Shown here: piece after piece, positions 61,551-64,000 of the stretch | How the letters are laid out: each line of letters begins with the position of its first letter | Position numbering within the stretch: position 1 is the first letter of the stretch | Source of the DNA: Sedimentisphaerales bacterium | Lineage (GTDB): Bacteria > Planctomycetota > Phycisphaerae > Sedimentisphaerales > SM23-30 | Strand: one strand, 5' to 3' | Length of the DNA: 64,000 bases | NCBI GenBank assembly: GCA_963666285.1 | Contig: OY762711.1 | Made by a program: the position numbers and the translations under genes | Notes under the pieces: model-generated | Databases searched by the model: none | Told to the model about the DNA's origin: nothing | What the model saw: the letters and a program-made list of their open reading frames with translations, nothing else

Positions 61551-61789
61551 ATAATTTAATTTACGGCTATACACAATTTTATAAAAGAATTGACCGAACA
61601 GAAAATTGTAGTTATTGAAAAAATCGCAAAATTACAAAAAAGATATCTATGACATGTACCTGCTGATGCAATAACTTACAACAAACGTATGGATGCCCTC
61701 AAAGTAATTCATTCGAATTAGAAATTTTTTAACTTGACTTTGAGTTCTTCATAGATGGTTGACAATCTTTATCATAATTCTGAATTTAA

Positions 61790-62650
61790 ATATGCGACAG
61801 CTTTAAAGTCGTGAGCGACAGCGAATTATTCCTGATGTCAACGTACATCAGGACACCTCCTTTACACCTTTTATTTTACCCTTTACACTTTGATGCCGTT
61901 TCACGGCACCTGTCTGGTAGGTCCACTCTTCCAGAATAACAACTTACAAAAATACCCGCAAAATCCCCAGCCCGCCGCACTACCACCACAAGCCACCATA
62001 CAGTCGTTCTTATATCCCCTCACCCTTCAATTTCATTCCATTTTTTAACCCATCCTTCACCCCGTCACTCTCACTTATAAATCAATCATCCTCGCCAAAC
62101 CCGTTACCTTCCCTAATACCAAATACCCAACACCTAATACCTTCCTTCACCCCTGAAAACGCTGAGCACAAGCTCGGCACATTATTTAAACAGGTCGCGA
62201 CAGCGACACCTCCACATCATTGGACTTGTCCAATGATGTGCCAGAGTGCGCAGCACGTATTTCCTCTTCACTGACAGCTCGCCGCTGATAGCTCGTTGCT
62301 ATTTCGCTGCTCATCTGTTCTAATCTCTAACGACCTTCCGTCGCTCGGCGTTAGCCGCTTTAAACAAGCCGTCCGCGAAGCGGACACCTCAACTCTTACC
62401 TCTTACCTCTTACTTATTACCTACATTCGCGTCTCCGCTCCGTCCCCGTGTTTGGGCTTTCGCACCCATTCAACGTTCCGCCGTATACTGTCCGCGGCCC
62501 GCAATTCGCCCCCGTTCAAATCCATTTGCCTTTTCACCGCCGTCCACCCGCCGCGCTGCCCCGTTACCTTTCCGCACACCGTCCGTTACCCATTAATTAG
62601 TCGTCGCGAAGCGACACCGCAATTCTTCACTCTTCACTCATCGTTCTTCA
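61790..62650. repeat. REP-like hairpin / heptamer mosaic, opposite orientation to the 16-18 kb mosaic
   Basis: hairpins GTCGC-GACA-GCGAC, GTCCGC-GAA-GCGGAC, GTCGC-GAA-GCGAC and CCTGATGT..ACATCAGG, each followed by ACC or ACACC; TCTTACC, AATACC and TTCACTC runs. Confidence 0.7.
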
Positions 62651-63045
62651 CTTGATTTTTTCTTTGAAAAAATCATCTCGTTTTTACAACCACCAAATCG
62701 CGAAAATCTAAAATCTTCCAAAATTGTTATCCCACTTATCCCCAACACTTTACAAACTTTCAAGCCAACCATCCCACCCAAAAAATCAGCGCACTTTCGA
62801 CATACCGTCCAATAGTAGAGAGCCGACAAAAAAAGAGACCCAATAAAAATCAGCTCTTTATAAAACTTAACAACGACGAAAACTTCGTCTTAAATATAAA
62901 CAACGCTCAATAAAAACTGAATATTTGAATACAGACCTAGCAAATCAGAATGATTTGCCCTCTAGAATTGACAATCTCAATTCGTCTCCGCAAGAGCTCG
63001 ACTGCTAAAACCTAGTCCAGACTATGTCTGGTTGCCAACCTCTCG

Positions 63046-63759
63046 TCAAGTTCCTTTCACGTTACCCCAGAATTCCAGGTGAAGACGCGGCGAAAATAAA
63101 TAGTCATGCTTAAGACACATCTCGGCAATCCTCGGTGCCAGCAGTCGATACTGCTGACGCCCTGCCGCCTTAGGCATAAGCATGGTTTTTTTCTTCAGAC
63201 CTTTTACTCCTATTTCTGACAGCTGGGCAATCTGCTCTAATGCTTCAACAACCTCTCCCATATCATCTTCACCGGCAACTACAAACTTCAGCTGATATGG
63301 ATACTGACGAACATATTTCGCAATCGCGGCATAGTTCAACGCTTGCGACCGGTATTCTTCTATATTATCATAATCCTGGGGATAACTGTTAGACAGCTTA
63401 GGACTTATACTGACAAGATCACAAGGAATAGACACATACTCCATCGCCGATGTTTCGACCGTTAGATGTTCACAAACACCCTTCAACGCTTCCAGCAGCA
63501 GCGAAATATTCTCACACGCCAGCGGCTCTCCACCGGTAACTACCACATGGCCGCAATTGTAGGAAACGGCCTTATCAACTATCGCCTGCACAGAAAGCAT
63601 CTCTGACTCTTCTGTTGACCATGCATATGAAGTATCACACCAGACGCAGCGGAGCGGACAACCTGCCAATCGCACAAATACTGACGGAGTACCTGCCAGG
63701 GAACCTTCACCTTGGATAGAATAGAATATCTCTGAGATTGGATAAACTGTATCACTCAT
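63046..63759 (-). CDS. queE: 7-carboxy-7-deazaguanine synthase (radical SAM)
   Basis: EIFYSIQGEG, FVRLAGCPLRCVWCDT, TGGEP, SISPK, RLH. Confidence 0.93.
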   Translation of the reverse strand: MSDTVYPISEIFYSIQGEGSLAGTPSVFVRLAGCPLRCVWCDTSYAWSTEESEMLSVQAIVDKAVSYNCGHVVVTGGEPLACENISLLLEALKGVCEHLTVETSAMEYVSIPCDLVSISPKLSNSYPQDYDNIEEYRSQALNYAAIAKYVRQYPYQLKFVVAGEDDMGEVVEALEQIAQLSEIGVKGLKKKTMLMPKAAGRQQYRLLAPRIAEMCLKHDYLFSPRLHLEFWGNVKGT

Positions 63760-63828
63760 CAAATATTGTCTCCCTGAAGCAGAATTAATGGCGGGTTTGG
63801 GTAATAATATACTCATCAAGAAAATATA

Positions 63829-64000
63829 CTATATATTTTTTCCGTTTTCCAACCACCACATAAGATCTGCATAATAATATGGTATCTTCAGCTGAAGATG
63901 AATATCCCTAAGTCGTGCTAATATCTGCTCATACAACTCATTCTGCAGCTCGTCGGGAAGGTCCTGACAATAAAATATTCGACATCCGGCTGTTCGGCCC
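63829..64000 (-). CDS. 3' end of a gene entering from outside the window (YkgJ-like Cys cluster protein?)
   Basis: open frame GRTAGCRIFYC..WLENGKNI-stop; R..GCR.F.C pattern. Confidence 0.5.
   Translation of the reverse strand, partial: GRTAGCRIFYCQDLPDELQNELYEQILARLRDIHLQLKIPYYYADLMWWLENGKNI

Larger units (their letters stand above)
60251..61757 (+). mobile_element. IS110 family, IS1111-type insertion sequence (~1.5 kb)
   Basis: subterminal IRs TATGAAGAA (60257-60265) / TTCTTCATA (61745-61753), TG core at both ends, short left end and ~400-bp right non-coding end. Confidence 0.8.

Noticed and set aside
62935..63040. c-di-GMP-I riboswitch-like words (GCAAA, CGCAAGAGC, CTAA, TTGCC)
   Set aside because: No GAAA-tetraloop P2 or proper P3, and no downstream gene in that orientation; more likely hairpins 3' of queE
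63760..63830. preQ1 riboswitch before queE
   Set aside because: Intergenic gap is short and lacks the consensus

Overview
Bacterial chromosomal window. Gene content suggests a planctomycete, probably Phycisphaerae (inference from PEP-CTERM proteins, LPS genes waaA/kdsC/lptG-like, HDOD-kinase operon, DUF1080, hcp). Most of it is housekeeping and catabolic genes: DegT aminotransferase, fumC, PPi-PFK, accBC, hcp/Rrf2, uppP, leuS, waaA, GH2, GH28-CE12, ahcY, serS, kdsC, Lpt genes, queE. Four parts stand out. (1) A gene-free first 1.2 kb holds two promoter-led, strongly base-paired RNA candidates (~140 nt and ~470 nt) that I cannot assign to a known family. (2) A 33.3-42.2 kb island: a sigma-54 enhancer-binding protein lies between two sigma-54 promoters sharing an upstream CGGAA-N6-TTCCG motif. 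They drive a histone-H1-like Lys/Ala repeat protein (plus a tiny basic ORF) and a SAM-methyltransferase/ATP-grasp fusion, next to a RimB-RimK-M14 peptidase operon. (3) Mosaics of short hairpin modules and 7/9-mer tandem repeats at ~0.3, 16-19 and 58-62.7 kb surround cargo genes (PEP-CTERM, GNAT, Rhs tip). (4) An IS110-family (IS1111-type) element is inserted in one of those repeats; its 3' non-coding end has readable bridge/seekRNA-like guide loops matching its own target and donor junctions. All calls come from reading the sequence by eye; no searches or folding programs were run.
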